Source: an uncultured Myxococcales bacterium
GTDB lineage: Bacteria; Myxococcota; UBA4151
Direction: 5' to 3'
Assembly (NCBI GenBank): GCA_964013405.1
Contig: CAXGWI010000002.1
Span: 1 to 64,000, forward strand
Length of the DNA: 64,000 nucleotides
In this document: in pieces, positions 40,571-49,290 of the stretch
Layout of the letters: each line of letters begins with the position of its first letter
Numbering within the stretch: position 1 is the first letter of the stretch
The notes under the pieces: model-generated
Told to the model about the DNA's origin: nothing
Database searches by the model: none
Seen by the model: only the letters and a program-made list of their open reading frames with translations
Position numbers and translations under genes: made by a program

Positions 40571-40978
40571 ATGGATTTAAGTGAACTTGAAGACAACATG
40601 GGGTGGCTGGAGTGGGAAGACCGCTATCGCTACCTCATCGAATTGGGTGAAGCCTTGGAGCCCATCGACGAGGTGGCTCGCTGTGAGGCCAACCGCGTTC
40701 AGGGCTGCATGAGTCAGGTCTGGCTGCAATTGGAGCCATCAGAAGGTCGCCTTCATTTTCGTGGCGACAGCGATTCAGCCATCGTTAAAGGGCTCGTCGC
40801 TGTCTTGCGAATTGCCTATTCGGGGCAATCTCCCCAGCAGATCCTCGATTTTGATCTGAAAGGGGCCTTTAGCCGCATGGGGCTCGATGAACACCTGAGC
40901 CCTAATCGTCGCAATGGGTTCTATTCGATGGTGGGTCTGATCCGAGGTCGGGCCCAGGGCATGTTACAACGAGTCTGA
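40571..40978 (+). CDS. sufE: SufE family cysteine desulfuration protein
   Basis: WEDRYRYLIELG, NRVQGCMSQVW, DSDSAIVKGL and LSPNRRNG motifs. Confidence 0.95.
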   Translation: MDLSELEDNMGWLEWEDRYRYLIELGEALEPIDEVARCEANRVQGCMSQVWLQLEPSEGRLHFRGDSDSAIVKGLVAVLRIAYSGQSPQQILDFDLKGAFSRMGLDEHLSPNRRNGFYSMVGLIRGRAQGMLQRV

Positions 40979-42613
40979 GCTTGTTTCAGGCCGGGTGGTT
41001 GAGCGCCCCTTCTTAAAGGCATGGTCCCAAATCGGACGCAGGTCCAAATAGTCCTGCTCTTCTCGCTCGGGCACGGAAAGCCCTTCTCGGCTCAAGGTCC
41101 GTTGATAGGTCTCCCAGCCATTTTTAACTTCGATGAGCTCGAGTTCGGCCAGCAGTCCATGTTCTCGAGCCGAGCGATACCCATCGATTTCCTGCAACTG
41201 GCGCTCCAGGCAGAACTGGAAGTCCGCTAAGTCTCCCTCATCGCCCCGTCGCTCCAGAAAGATGCGATACCGGGCTTTGGGGCCGGAGACCGGCGTGACC
41301 AAAAAGAACCGGGGTTTTAGGTTCGTCTCCCAGTGGGCCACCTCGACGGCGCGACGGATTGCTGCTTCACCGACTTTCTCGCCAGCCAGATTGGCGGCCA
41401 TATCCAGCCGGCCGAGAAACTCAATGCAAGGGGTTGCGCCGTGAAAGCCGACGCAGCGCACCGCATCTCGGAGGTGGTAGCGGGTGAGACCACCGGCGGT
41501 GGTCACGATGGGCGAATAGGTGCCACCGAGTCGTAGTTCATCCACTAAGCAGGGCCGGGCGTCCGGGGCTTCAAGGTCTTGGAACTCTAGGAAATGACTC
41601 GTCACGGCCAGGACACTGCCGGTGCCGCTCCACAGTGGAAAGCTGACAATACCCTCGGTCGCAATCAGTCCTTTTGCTTGAATTCGAGTGTTGGGAAACC
41701 AGGCCTTCAGGTTCGGTAGCAAGGCAGCCGATGGCCCCTCGCCATAACAGGACAGCAGTTGGAGTCGTGGCCATAGGGCGCTTCCCACGAGATCCCCGGC
41801 CTCATCGAGCCCAGCCATGATCGCTGCCCGGCGGCTGGGCTTGAGGGTGTCGAGAAGGGGTTCGAGATTCTGCGCCAGTTCTTCCATCAGCGCGACCAAA
41901 AAGGTGGGATGCCAGATGGAGATAAAGCCCAAGTCCTCGCAGGCCAGAAGTTCCTGGATGGTCTGTTGGCGCCAGGCGCTTGGGTCGGCGATCCGACGAA
42001 CTCGGCTGCGGACAGCGCGGGTGCGACGCAGGGCAAAACGGGCCAAGGGGCTAAAGAAGTCGGTATCGTCGTCCATACCGATAGGGATGCCGCCCGGTGT
42101 GCTCTCTCGCTGATGGGGCAGGGGCGCCATGCCCCAGTAACTACGGGTTCCCACCAGATCGGGACAACCGATGGACAACTCTCGAAGCCAGGGAGCGGTC
42201 GCCGCGGCAAACTCGCTAAAGAGACCGTCGGTATAAGGGATCAGTTTGATCTCTCCAGCGGCACCTCGGCTCCGCTCCATGAGTCGAACCGGCGCCCGGG
42301 TCAGGACACGTCGCTCCCCATTGGCGATTCGGTTGATCCATTCAGAAAAATCGTCATAGCTGCGGACCGGAACCCGATCCTGAAAAGCGGCAAACGAATC
42401 GATGCCATCCAGTTGGTGAGTTTTGGCAAAGGCTGTGTCACGACGGCCGGCCAGCAGAGAGCGCAAACGAGCCTCTTGGGCTTTGCGCGGTTTGTTGGCA
42501 GCCCGTTGAAATTGCCGCCATCGGCCACGCAGGCTCATCACGTAAGCATGGTGAATACCTTTAACGACCGGTTGAAACACGGCTCGACTCCCACGATCGA
42601 TCGGGCCGAGCAT
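40964..42613 (-). CDS. GH3 auxin-responsive-promoter family protein (acyl-adenylate-forming)
   Basis: FQDRVPVRSYDD, KLIPYT, KGLIATEG, TTAGGLTRYHLRD and FLGR..GEKV motifs. Confidence 0.85.
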   Translation of the reverse strand: MLGPIDRGSRAVFQPVVKGIHHAYVMSLRGRWRQFQRAANKPRKAQEARLRSLLAGRRDTAFAKTHQLDGIDSFAAFQDRVPVRSYDDFSEWINRIANGERRVLTRAPVRLMERSRGAAGEIKLIPYTDGLFSEFAAATAPWLRELSIGCPDLVGTRSYWGMAPLPHQRESTPGGIPIGMDDDTDFFSPLARFALRRTRAVRSRVRRIADPSAWRQQTIQELLACEDLGFISIWHPTFLVALMEELAQNLEPLLDTLKPSRRAAIMAGLDEAGDLVGSALWPRLQLLSCYGEGPSAALLPNLKAWFPNTRIQAKGLIATEGIVSFPLWSGTGSVLAVTSHFLEFQDLEAPDARPCLVDELRLGGTYSPIVTTAGGLTRYHLRDAVRCVGFHGATPCIEFLGRLDMAANLAGEKVGEAAIRRAVEVAHWETNLKPRFFLVTPVSGPKARYRIFLERRGDEGDLADFQFCLERQLQEIDGYRSAREHGLLAELELIEVKNGWETYQRTLSREGLSVPEREEQDYLDLRPIWDHAFKKGRSTTRPETSSDSL

Positions 42614-42656
42614 AGGGGAAGAAGGGTCTCAAGGGCAAAGGGGGCGGGCAGACCCC

Positions 42657-44489
42657 TTATTGTGCGTCCTCGCAGATGATATGAAAGCGTTCGCTGCAAC
42701 GCTTATCGTGTAAGACGCGGCCCGAGTTTTCCCGCAGACGGAAGCAGCGGCGACCGTTTTCGTCAGCGTAATAAAGAATGTCATCGCCAGCCCAATTGTT
42801 GATCCAAGTGGGCGGTGGGTTTCTCCCGACCCCATTTTCATCGATGAGCCCGGTCCAAAAGTCCCAGCCCCAATCATCGTTCCTGCCGATCAGTTGCCGG
42901 ATCGCATCCAGATCAGCATTGCTCTCAAACGAGATGAGGTCGGCGCCGGCATGGATCTCATCGCAGCGTTCCCTGGCCCCATCCCAATTGAACCGCTCGG
43001 TACAGTAAAAAGAGAGCCGGTTTCGTCCCTCGATCTCGACGCAGCGATCCGGTAGATCAAGCCCTTCAGATCGACAGTCTCGGTCACAGCCGTCCCCGTC
43101 GACCCGATTGCCGTCATCACAGGCCTCGACCCCGGCCTGCACGTGGCCATCGCCACAGCGAGCCTCTTGGCAGTCGTTCAAACAGGCATCCGCCTGGTTC
43201 TGGTTGCCGTCGTCACATTGCTCAACGCCGACATATTGTTGTCCGTCGCCACAACGAGCGAGATTACAATTGTTCAAGCAGCCATCATGATCGGCTTGAT
43301 TGCCGTCGTCGCAGGCCTCCGCTTGAGGATTGCGGAAGCCATCTCCGCATCGATTGGCGACACAGTTGTTCAGGCAGGCGTCTTCTTGCGCTTGATTGCC
43401 ATCGTCACAGGCCTCTCGGCCTTGCCAGGTGTGCCCATCACCACAGCGGGCCAACATGCAGTTGCTCAGGCAGCTGTCTCGGTCGTTTCGGTTGCCATCG
43501 TCGCAGGCCTCCTGTCCCACTTGAACAAAGCCGTCGCCGCAAACAGCGATCTGGCATTCGGGGGTGCAGGCATCTGTCCCGTCGTCGTTACCGTCGTCGC
43601 AGGCTTCCACCTCACCGTTGACGATTCCGTCGCCGCAAACGTTGCGAGTGCAGTCGTTGAGACAAGCATCCTCCTGAGTCTCGTTGCCGTCGTCACAGGC
43701 TTCGACATTTCGCTGCACAAAGCCATCACCACATGTTGCCCGCCGACAGTCATTCAGGCAGTCATCGCCATTGTCTTGATTGCCGTCATCGCAGGGCTCG
43801 ATGCCTTCCTGGACCTGCCCATCCCCACAGCCAGCGGAGGTGCAGTTGTTGAGACAGAGGTCGGTCTCAATCTCGTTGCCGTCATCACAAAGTTCGACGC
43901 CTTCATGGACAATACCGTCGCCGCAGCGAGCCAGCAGACAGTTCGTTAAGCAGTCATCGTTCATGACCGTATTGCCGTCATCGCATTCCTCGTGATCGGG
44001 GCTGCCGACCTCCAGATCGATTCGAGTGACACCATCCCCACAGATTGCGCTGCGACAGTTGTTGAGGCAGTCATCGCCGTCGGTCTCGTTGCCGTCGTCA
44101 CATTCCTCCGCACCATCGATACCCGCTTCGAGGTCGACTCGGGCGACGCCGTCGCCGCATCGAGCGATCTTGCATGAGGTCGTACAGGCGTCATCGTTCT
44201 GCTCGTTGCCGTCGTCGCAGTCTTCGTCTGCCTTCTTTAAGCCATCGCCACAGCGGGGTGGCTGGCAGCGCGTCGTGCATTCATCCTCGTTGTCTTGGTT
44301 GCCGTCATCGCACAGCTCATCCAGTTGAATGATTCCATCACCACAACTCGCGTCGACACAGAGCCCCGAACGACACTGTTGGTTGGTGGCACAGGCCGGG
44401 CCATCATCGCACGGTTTGGCTCCATGGTAGGCGGCCGTGGGTGGGCAGCCAACGAGCAAGAGGAGCATCGGGGTTGCGAAACGCAGCAT
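42657..44489 (-). CDS. DUF4215-like Cys-repeat lipoprotein with a divergent C-type lectin-like C-terminal domain
   Basis: Lipobox LVGC; 13 repeats counted; FNWDGARERC..FWTGL..HDKRC..IICE. Confidence 0.85.
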   Translation of the reverse strand: MLRFATPMLLLLVGCPPTAAYHGAKPCDDGPACATNQQCRSGLCVDASCGDGIIQLDELCDDGNQDNEDECTTRCQPPRCGDGLKKADEDCDDGNEQNDDACTTSCKIARCGDGVARVDLEAGIDGAEECDDGNETDGDDCLNNCRSAICGDGVTRIDLEVGSPDHEECDDGNTVMNDDCLTNCLLARCGDGIVHEGVELCDDGNEIETDLCLNNCTSAGCGDGQVQEGIEPCDDGNQDNGDDCLNDCRRATCGDGFVQRNVEACDDGNETQEDACLNDCTRNVCGDGIVNGEVEACDDGNDDGTDACTPECQIAVCGDGFVQVGQEACDDGNRNDRDSCLSNCMLARCGDGHTWQGREACDDGNQAQEDACLNNCVANRCGDGFRNPQAEACDDGNQADHDGCLNNCNLARCGDGQQYVGVEQCDDGNQNQADACLNDCQEARCGDGHVQAGVEACDDGNRVDGDGCDRDCRSEGLDLPDRCVEIEGRNRLSFYCTERFNWDGARERCDEIHAGADLISFESNADLDAIRQLIGRNDDWGWDFWTGLIDENGVGRNPPPTWINNWAGDDILYYADENGRRCFRLRENSGRVLHDKRCSERFHIICEDAQ

Positions 44490-44561
44490 GGCCGTGGGCT
44501 AACACATCTGAGCGGTTTGGTCAGCGTCAGAGGTCACAGCCGGAACCCGTAGCCCATGATC

Positions 44562-46061
44562 TCAGCGCTCACAGAAGAAGGCCTTTGATTGTTCGCAGAT
44601 CGCGTCGTTCCACCGACTCCCAGCGCCGGTCCAAAGGCAAGCACAATCCTCTCTTTGCCGCCAGTTGTCTGGCTGCCCTGCGCCCCAGTTCTCATAGTCG
44701 GAATCTCGGCCCACCCATTCCCAGTCGCGTTCCTCGCCGCGATCGTTGTAGCCAATCCAGATCTCTCCGAGCTGCCAAACATAGCCGGCGAGGACGTCGT
44801 GGTCCGCTTGGTTATCGACGGTGACGAGATGGCCGCCCCAGTCCTGGCAAAAATCTTCTGCTGCGGGCCAGGACAACCGTCTACTGGAGCAGAGTAGGGT
44901 TTCCCTGCCCCGGTTTTCGAGGACCGAACAACCGTCTGGCGCCCCTTCCCGCTGGCAGTCTGCATCACAGCCATCGCCCGGGTCGCGATTGCCGTCATCG
45001 CAGGCTTCTTGGCCCTGCTGAACATGGCCATCGCCGCAGCGAGCCGGGGTGCAGTCGTTTAGGCAAGCATCCCCGTTGCTTTGGTTGCCGTCGTCGCATC
45101 CTTCCACGCCCACTTGGAGAAAACCATCTTGGCAACGAGCTGGTTGGCAGCGCGTCGTGCAGTCATCCTGGGGGTTGTCGTTGCCATCGTCGCAGGCCTC
45201 AGCCTCTGGATTCACGAGGCCGTCACCGCAGACGTTGAGTTCACAATCGTTGCGGCAGGCGTCTGCGTCGCTGTCGTTGCCATCATCACAGGCCTCCTGA
45301 CCGGAGTGCAGAACACCGTCACCGCAGCGGGCGAGAGCACAGTCGTTTAGGCAGTCGTCTTGGTTGTTTTGGTTGCCGTCATCGCAATCTTCGAGGCCCG
45401 CCTGGACGATCCCATCGCCACAGCCGGCCCACGTGCAGTCATCCAGGCATTGGTCGGTGGGGTCATCATTGCCATCGTCGCATTCTTCCTCGTCGGCCCA
45501 GTGGATGCCATCACCGCATCGGGCTGCGGTGCAATCGTTGAGACAGGCATCTTCTTGAACCGTGTTTCCATCGTCACAGGCCTCGACGCTGATCCACTGA
45601 ATGCCATCGCCGCACTTGGCCGTCTGACAGGTGTTGAGGCAGGCATCCGTGTCCTCGTTGTTGCCGTCGTCGCAGGCCTCCGCACCGTCCTGATCCAAGG
45701 GGATGTCGAGGCGCTGAATTCCGTCGCCACAAACCGCAAGCTGGCAGTTTGCGGTGCAGTCATCGCTGTCGATTTCATTACCGTCGTCGCAGGCCTCAGT
45801 GAGACCAACGAGGCCGTCGCCACAGCGGGGCGCTTGGCACAGGGTTGTGCAGTCATCATCGTTGTCCGAGTTGCCATCGTCACAACCTTCGTCCAGCTGG
45901 ACGATTCCATCACCGCATTGGGCATCGACACACAGGCCTTCATTGCACTGTTGGTTCGGACCACAGTCGCTGGCTGCCTCGCAGGGCATGGCACCATAAT
46001 AGACCGCCTCCGGTGGGCAGCCGATGAAAGCGAGGCAGATGATGGCAAAAGCAATTCGCAT
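44562..46061 (-). CDS. DUF4215-like Cys-repeat lipoprotein with a canonical C-type lectin domain (QPD/WND)
   Basis: Lipobox FIGC; 10 repeats counted; SWPAAEDFC..GGHLVTV..WIGYND..WGAGQPDN..EDC..WNDAIC. Confidence 0.9.
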   Translation of the reverse strand: MRIAFAIICLAFIGCPPEAVYYGAMPCEAASDCGPNQQCNEGLCVDAQCGDGIVQLDEGCDDGNSDNDDDCTTLCQAPRCGDGLVGLTEACDDGNEIDSDDCTANCQLAVCGDGIQRLDIPLDQDGAEACDDGNNEDTDACLNTCQTAKCGDGIQWISVEACDDGNTVQEDACLNDCTAARCGDGIHWADEEECDDGNDDPTDQCLDDCTWAGCGDGIVQAGLEDCDDGNQNNQDDCLNDCALARCGDGVLHSGQEACDDGNDSDADACRNDCELNVCGDGLVNPEAEACDDGNDNPQDDCTTRCQPARCQDGFLQVGVEGCDDGNQSNGDACLNDCTPARCGDGHVQQGQEACDDGNRDPGDGCDADCQREGAPDGCSVLENRGRETLLCSSRRLSWPAAEDFCQDWGGHLVTVDNQADHDVLAGYVWQLGEIWIGYNDRGEERDWEWVGRDSDYENWGAGQPDNWRQREDCACLWTGAGSRWNDAICEQSKAFFCER

Positions 46062-46070
46062 GGTAGCAAC

Positions 46071-46538
46071 TTAGCAGGTTTGGTCATCGGCCCCCAGGCG
46101 AAGCACCTGGAGAATCTGGTTGGGATCGGAGGCACAGTTGATTCGCGCTGCGCCACTGGCCTTGGCCATGACCACAGCCAGGGCACTGGCCCGATCCTTT
46201 AAGCTGGCCGAGGGGTTTCGACCATCGTCTTTGATAAAGACGTCCTCGACGTCGATGGCTTCGGCCAGTCGGGGGGCCTGGGACAGCAGGCTGCCACCCA
46301 CCTTGAGGCTGGGCAGTTCTGCACCCTCCGGGAGCGGTAGCAGCTCTCGATAGCGCCACATGTCGAAGGGGCGACCTGCTAGGTTTTCAGCACATGCTAA
46401 GCTGCTCTGGGGCTTGAGGTCGACCTCCATTCGAACCCGAGGCCCACAGCGGGGGCAGATCCATTGGCCTGGGTCATTCCAGGTCTCCTGGCAACCGATA
46501 CAGCGCAGTCGTTGGACGTTCTCAGGAAGGGCATTCAT
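46071..46538 (-). pseudogene. thrC: Truncated threonine synthase (N-terminal third only)
   Basis: CxxC..CxxC, MWRYRELLP, KDDGRNPSASLKDR (PLP Lys), then CAS; stops at 155 aa. Confidence 0.75.
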
Positions 46539-46688
46539 GATCGGCCTTGTAGCCTCACAGTTGGCATTTTGCCTACGGCAAGTTTGACGCTGCCCGACGT
46601 GAGTTGGCCTGAGCGGTCGCCGGGGCCCATTACAGAGTCAGCTTGCATTGGCGCAGATATCCGGTTCAATGCGTCCCGTGGAGGCTTC

Positions 46689-47720
46689 ATGCTCAATCGA
46701 TTCGCCGCCCTTTTCTTCCTGCTGGCCGTCATCGGCTGTCCCGACCCGGTGGCGCCAGTCGACTGTGACGGTCACGCCCTTGGGACGTCGTTCCCCGCGG
46801 CCGACGGTTGCAACACCTGTACCTGTGAGGCCAACGGCGCGGCTTGTACAGAGATGGCTTGCGAGGATTTAGACGCTGGCTCCGCACCTGTCGATGCCGG
46901 TGCGGGGGATGCCGGTGAGGGTGAGGAAGATGGAGGCCCTGCGGTTCCAGATGCCGGTGGTGTTTCGGACAGCGGAGCCGTGGTGGAAGATGCTGGGGCT
47001 CCTCAAGCCGACGCTGGGGCGCCTCAAGCCGACGCTGGGGTTGTGGAACCTCAGGCCTGTGGCACTCGAGGTGCGAGCCCTTGTCCGGCGGGGACATTCT
47101 GCCAGCATCCCATCGAAGCGAACTGTGGACGGGGCGATCAAGCGGGGGTGTGCATACCCATACCTGAGGGTTGCAATCGTCTTCTTCGACCGGTCTGTGG
47201 CTGTGATGATGAGACCTATGCCAACGCCTGTGAGGCCGCTCGAGCTAGCGTTTCGGTCGCTGCTGAAGGTGCCTGTGATGACGGGTGCCAGGACAACGGT
47301 GACTGCGGCCGGGCCCAGTACTGTGCTCGTCCCATGGCTCAATGCGGTGCGGTGGGAGCATGTGAGGTACGCCCTCAGGCTTGTGCTGAAATCTACGATC
47401 CCGTTTGTGGTTGTGACGGCGAGACCTATGGCAACGCCTGCGCCGCCGCGTCAGAGGGCGTCAATGTGGCTGCTGATGGTACCTGCGAAGAGGGCGGGGC
47501 CGGTGGTGATGTCTGTGATATGGAGAGGCCTTGCAGCGATGCGTTCTACTGCGACCGACCCGACGGTCAGTGTGAGGCAGAAGGTACGTGTGTGGTCAGA
47601 CCGGAACTTTGCAATCGGATGATGCAGCCCGTGTGTGGCTGTGATGGCCAGAACTATACGAATCCATGCGTCGCTCGGTCGGGTGGGACCTCGGTAAACT
47701 ACGCCGGAGACTGTAGGTAG
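46689..47720 (+). CDS. Kazal-repeat lipoprotein with an N-terminal pacifastin/VWC-like module
   Basis: GGAGG RBS, lipobox VIGC, DGCNTCTC..CTEMAC, and three PVCGCD..Y.N.C units. Confidence 0.85.
   Translation: MLNRFAALFFLLAVIGCPDPVAPVDCDGHALGTSFPAADGCNTCTCEANGAACTEMACEDLDAGSAPVDAGAGDAGEGEEDGGPAVPDAGGVSDSGAVVEDAGAPQADAGAPQADAGVVEPQACGTRGASPCPAGTFCQHPIEANCGRGDQAGVCIPIPEGCNRLLRPVCGCDDETYANACEAARASVSVAAEGACDDGCQDNGDCGRAQYCARPMAQCGAVGACEVRPQACAEIYDPVCGCDGETYGNACAAASEGVNVAADGTCEEGGAGGDVCDMERPCSDAFYCDRPDGQCEAEGTCVVRPELCNRMMQPVCGCDGQNYTNPCVARSGGTSVNYAGDCR
46992..47040 (+). repeat. 21-bp coding tandem repeat (AGAPQAD, about 2.3 copies) in a linker
   Basis: gctggggctcctcaagccgac / gctggggcgcctcaagccgac / gctgggg. 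Confidence 0.8.
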
Positions 47721-47721
47721 G

Positions 47722-49287
47722 TTGAAGCAAAAGCACTTCATTGACCTCTCAAAAGGGGTCACGCCGCTGGTCGTCCTGGCCTGCATGTTTGTCTACAATG
47801 CTTGGGACAATCCGACAGCGTGGGCCTATCTGGCGACCCATGGGACCTACGGGGTTCTTTGGGTTCTCAAGTCGCAGATTTTTCCTGACAAGAGTTGGGA
47901 GGCGCCCTGCGGAATCGGTTACGGTCTCGTTATTTTGGGGGGGCTTGCGCTCTACTGGGGAACCCCATGGATGATCTGCGCGTGGCAGATCGAAGCGCCA
48001 CTTTGGTTCCTTAGCCTCTGTGTTGCCATCTTCGGCATCGGCGTGTTCCTGCATTTTGCCGCCGACATGCAAAAAGACGCCACGCTGAAGCTGAAGAGGG
48101 GTCTCATCACCGACGGTTTGTTCGCACGCACCCGAAACCCAAATTACCTGGGTGAGTTGCTGATTTACGGCAGCTTCTCGGCCTTGGCCATGCACTGGTA
48201 CCCCTTTGTCGTGTTGGCCGTGTTCATGGCGGTGATTTGGGTGCCCAATATGTTGAAGAAGGATAAGAGTATCTCGCGGCATGAGGGCTGGGCGGCCTAC
48301 AAGGCGAGAACCGGTCTGTTGTTCCCGAAGATTTCCGGAGGAACCTACATGGCTTCGCTCGGTATCTTTTTGATGGGTGTCGGATTGGTAGACGTCCTCG
48401 GAAGTTGGAATGGCTTTGATCTTTGGCGCGGCGTGATCGGTTGGCGCAGTATGCCGGACGCGCTTTGGCAGTTTTCGGGCTACGTTGAGTTGGGAATCGG
48501 CTATATGCTGCTGCGGATGGCCGGCGGCGGCGATGAAGCGGAGGAGGCTCCGGTTGAGTCTGAGGGGGCCGCCAATCGGGCCGAGACGCTGGTGATGCTG
48601 CTTGGCACCCTCTTGGTCGCCTGTCCTTCACAGGTCACCCCCCCCGCCGAGGTCCCCGCGGCCGATGCCTCTACGCCATGCGCTGATGGGGCCTGTCCCG
48701 ATGGCGGCCAACTGGACGCGGGAGCCCAAGTCGCGGACGCAGGTCAGTCCGTGGACACCACCCCTTGCGGTGAGGGGGGAACCTATTGCCCGGAGGACCA
48801 GTATTGCCATGTGGGTTGGAGTACCTGTGGCGAAGAGCCGGAGTTGGGAACGTGCCGCTTTCGAGGGGAGTTTTGCGATGAGCACCCAGACCCAGTCTGT
48901 GGTTGCGACGGATTGACCTACACCAATCAGTGCCAGGCCCGGCTCGCCGGGGTGAACCTGAACCGGGGCGGCCCCTGTGAAGCCCGTCTGTGCGAGGTCG
49001 GTGACCGGGGCAACACGTGTCCTGATCGGATGTACTGCAGGGTGCCCGATTATCAATGCGGTCGCTCTGGCTATTGCGCTGAGGTACCGACGGAATGTCA
49101 CCCTGATGAGGGCTTGGGGCCCGTCTGTGGGTGCAACGGCGTTGGTTATCGCACGCTATGCGAACTGAGGATGACCGGCACCGGCTTTCGGCAACTCGGT
49201 GACTGCGAGGAGCTTCGCTGTGATTCCGATGCCGACTGTGCGGAGGGCCAAACCTGCGAGCGAGGTCGCTGTGTGGGCGAGGAGTGA
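47722..49287 (+). CDS. Tripartite fusion: DUF1295/methyltransferase-like membrane enzyme + small 2-TM protein + Kazal-domain lipoprotein
   Basis: LITDGLFARTRNPNYLGE..YKARTGLLFP; internal GGAGG-N7-ATG at 48349; internal LLVAC lipobox (Cys 48622); two Kazal-like units. Confidence 0.75.
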   Translation: MKQKHFIDLSKGVTPLVVLACMFVYNAWDNPTAWAYLATHGTYGVLWVLKSQIFPDKSWEAPCGIGYGLVILGGLALYWGTPWMICAWQIEAPLWFLSLCVAIFGIGVFLHFAADMQKDATLKLKRGLITDGLFARTRNPNYLGELLIYGSFSALAMHWYPFVVLAVFMAVIWVPNMLKKDKSISRHEGWAAYKARTGLLFPKISGGTYMASLGIFLMGVGLVDVLGSWNGFDLWRGVIGWRSMPDALWQFSGYVELGIGYMLLRMAGGGDEAEEAPVESEGAANRAETLVMLLGTLLVACPSQVTPPAEVPAADASTPCADGACPDGGQLDAGAQVADAGQSVDTTPCGEGGTYCPEDQYCHVGWSTCGEEPELGTCRFRGEFCDEHPDPVCGCDGLTYTNQCQARLAGVNLNRGGPCEARLCEVGDRGNTCPDRMYCRVPDYQCGRSGYCAEVPTECHPDEGLGPVCGCNGVGYRTLCELRMTGTGFRQLGDCEELRCDSDADCAEGQTCERGRCVGEE

Positions 49288-49290
49288 GTC

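Noticed and set aside
42657..44950. C-type lectin tips as targets of a diversity-generating retroelement
   Set aside because: No reverse transcriptase and no template/variable repeat pair differing only at adenines in the window.
42657..46061. Periodic ~96-bp repeats (ttgccgtcgtcgcaggc...) as a CRISPR array
   Set aside because: They are degenerate at synonymous positions, lie in frame within Cys-repeat proteins, and no cas genes are present. The same applies to 12330-13350 and 54480-55810.
47722..49287. Alternative genetic code as the cause of the triple fusion
   Set aside because: Other genes end normally at TAA, TAG or TGA, and junction codons are ordinary sense codons used throughout conserved genes.
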